Source: Camelus ferus (Eukaryota). From it: a DNA stretch of 64,000 nucleotides. Positions within the stretch are counted from its first letter, which is position 1. Each line of letters begins with the position of its first letter. Both the position numbers and the translations under genes were made by a program. The stretch is taken from NCBI RefSeq assembly GCF_009834535.1, contig NC_045697.1, positions 55,864,001-55,928,000 on the forward strand, read 5' to 3'. A model generated the notes under the pieces. It saw only the letters and a program-made list of their open reading frames with translations. It was not told the DNA's origin and ran no database searches. Shown piece after piece: positions 63,170 to 64,000 of this stretch.

Positions 63170-64000
63170 AGAAGTCTGAGCCACATGAGGACATAGCCCC
63201 ATTCACCAGAGGGCTGGCAGCAGCCCTATGCCACAAAGCCAGTCATGTAGTGACCCAGACTCACATTCTACCAGATCCACAACAGCCACACAGCACTAAG
63301 CCATGCAGCCAACCTATGGGAAGTCTACCTGCCCTACTGAGGGCCTACAGCCACAGTACAAAGCAGGTTCTCACAGCCACCTAGGCCTGTGACCAGCCCC
63401 ACTTATCAGCACACCCACAGTAGTTGGCCCCACCACAGGAGAAGGGTACATACAGCTCACATAGGGGCACCTCTAGAACATACGGCTTTGGGGACCACAT
63501 GGGAGCATGTCGTTGGACTACATAAGACATCTCCTAAATATGGCCACATCTTCAAGACCAGGAAATGCAAGTGACATACCTAATGTGAACAAATAAGCCC
63601 AGAGAATTAAGCAAAAGGAGGAGACCAAGGAATATGTTTCAAATGAAGAAGCAAGCTGGAACCACAGAAAATAACTTAACAAAGTGAAAATAAGCAATCT
63701 ACTCAATAAACAGTTCAAGCTAATGATCATAAAGGTACCCAATGAACACAGAAGAATAGACGATAATTTCAACAAAGAGTCAGAAAATACAAAGAATAAA
63801 CAGAGATGAATAATTCAATAACTGAAATTAAAAAAAAATACACCAGAAGGAATCAGCAGATGAGATGAAACAGAGAAATGTATCAGTGATTTCTGTGAGA
63901 CAACATCAAGCACATTAACACTTGCATTTCAGGGGTTTCAGAGAAGAGAGAGAGAAAGAGGTAGAGGATTTATATGAAGAAACAACAGCTGAAAACTTCC
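63170..64000 (+). mobile_element. Older L1 (distal 5'UTR and start of decayed ORF1), runs off the window
   Basis: aggagaccaaggaatatgtttcaaatgaagaa...gcaatctactcaataaacagttcaa...gctgaaaacttcc. Confidence 0.88.

Overview
AT-rich mammalian genomic DNA with no intact protein-coding gene. It is probably cetartiodactyl, camelid by exclusion: a Tigger1a_Art-like MITE is present, the L1s have a long Laurasiatherian-type inter-ORF spacer, and I saw no BovB, Bov-A2, PRE1 or CHR-2 SINEs. Much of the window is transposable-element debris. This includes a young full-length L1 (52781-59877, with TSD), an older 3'-truncated near-full-length L1 (30948-36908), a twin-primed 5'-inverted L1 (4700-6065, with TSD), several L1 tails, old L1M/L2/MIR copies, ERV LTRs, MER53, MER102 and a Tigger1 derivative. 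The main discovery lies in the non-repeat DNA on the minus strand between about 30.6 kb and 3 kb. A colinear series of splice-site-bounded segments there translates, with stops and frameshifts, into an EYS (eyes shut)-like N-terminal region followed by an array of degenerate EGF-like repeats. The exon layout and low similarity argue against EYS itself and for a long-dead paralog (unitary pseudogene). One exon appears split by an ancient LTR16-type LTR, which would date the loss very early in eutherian history. All family and protein assignments were made by eye from remembered consensus sequences and need database confirmation.
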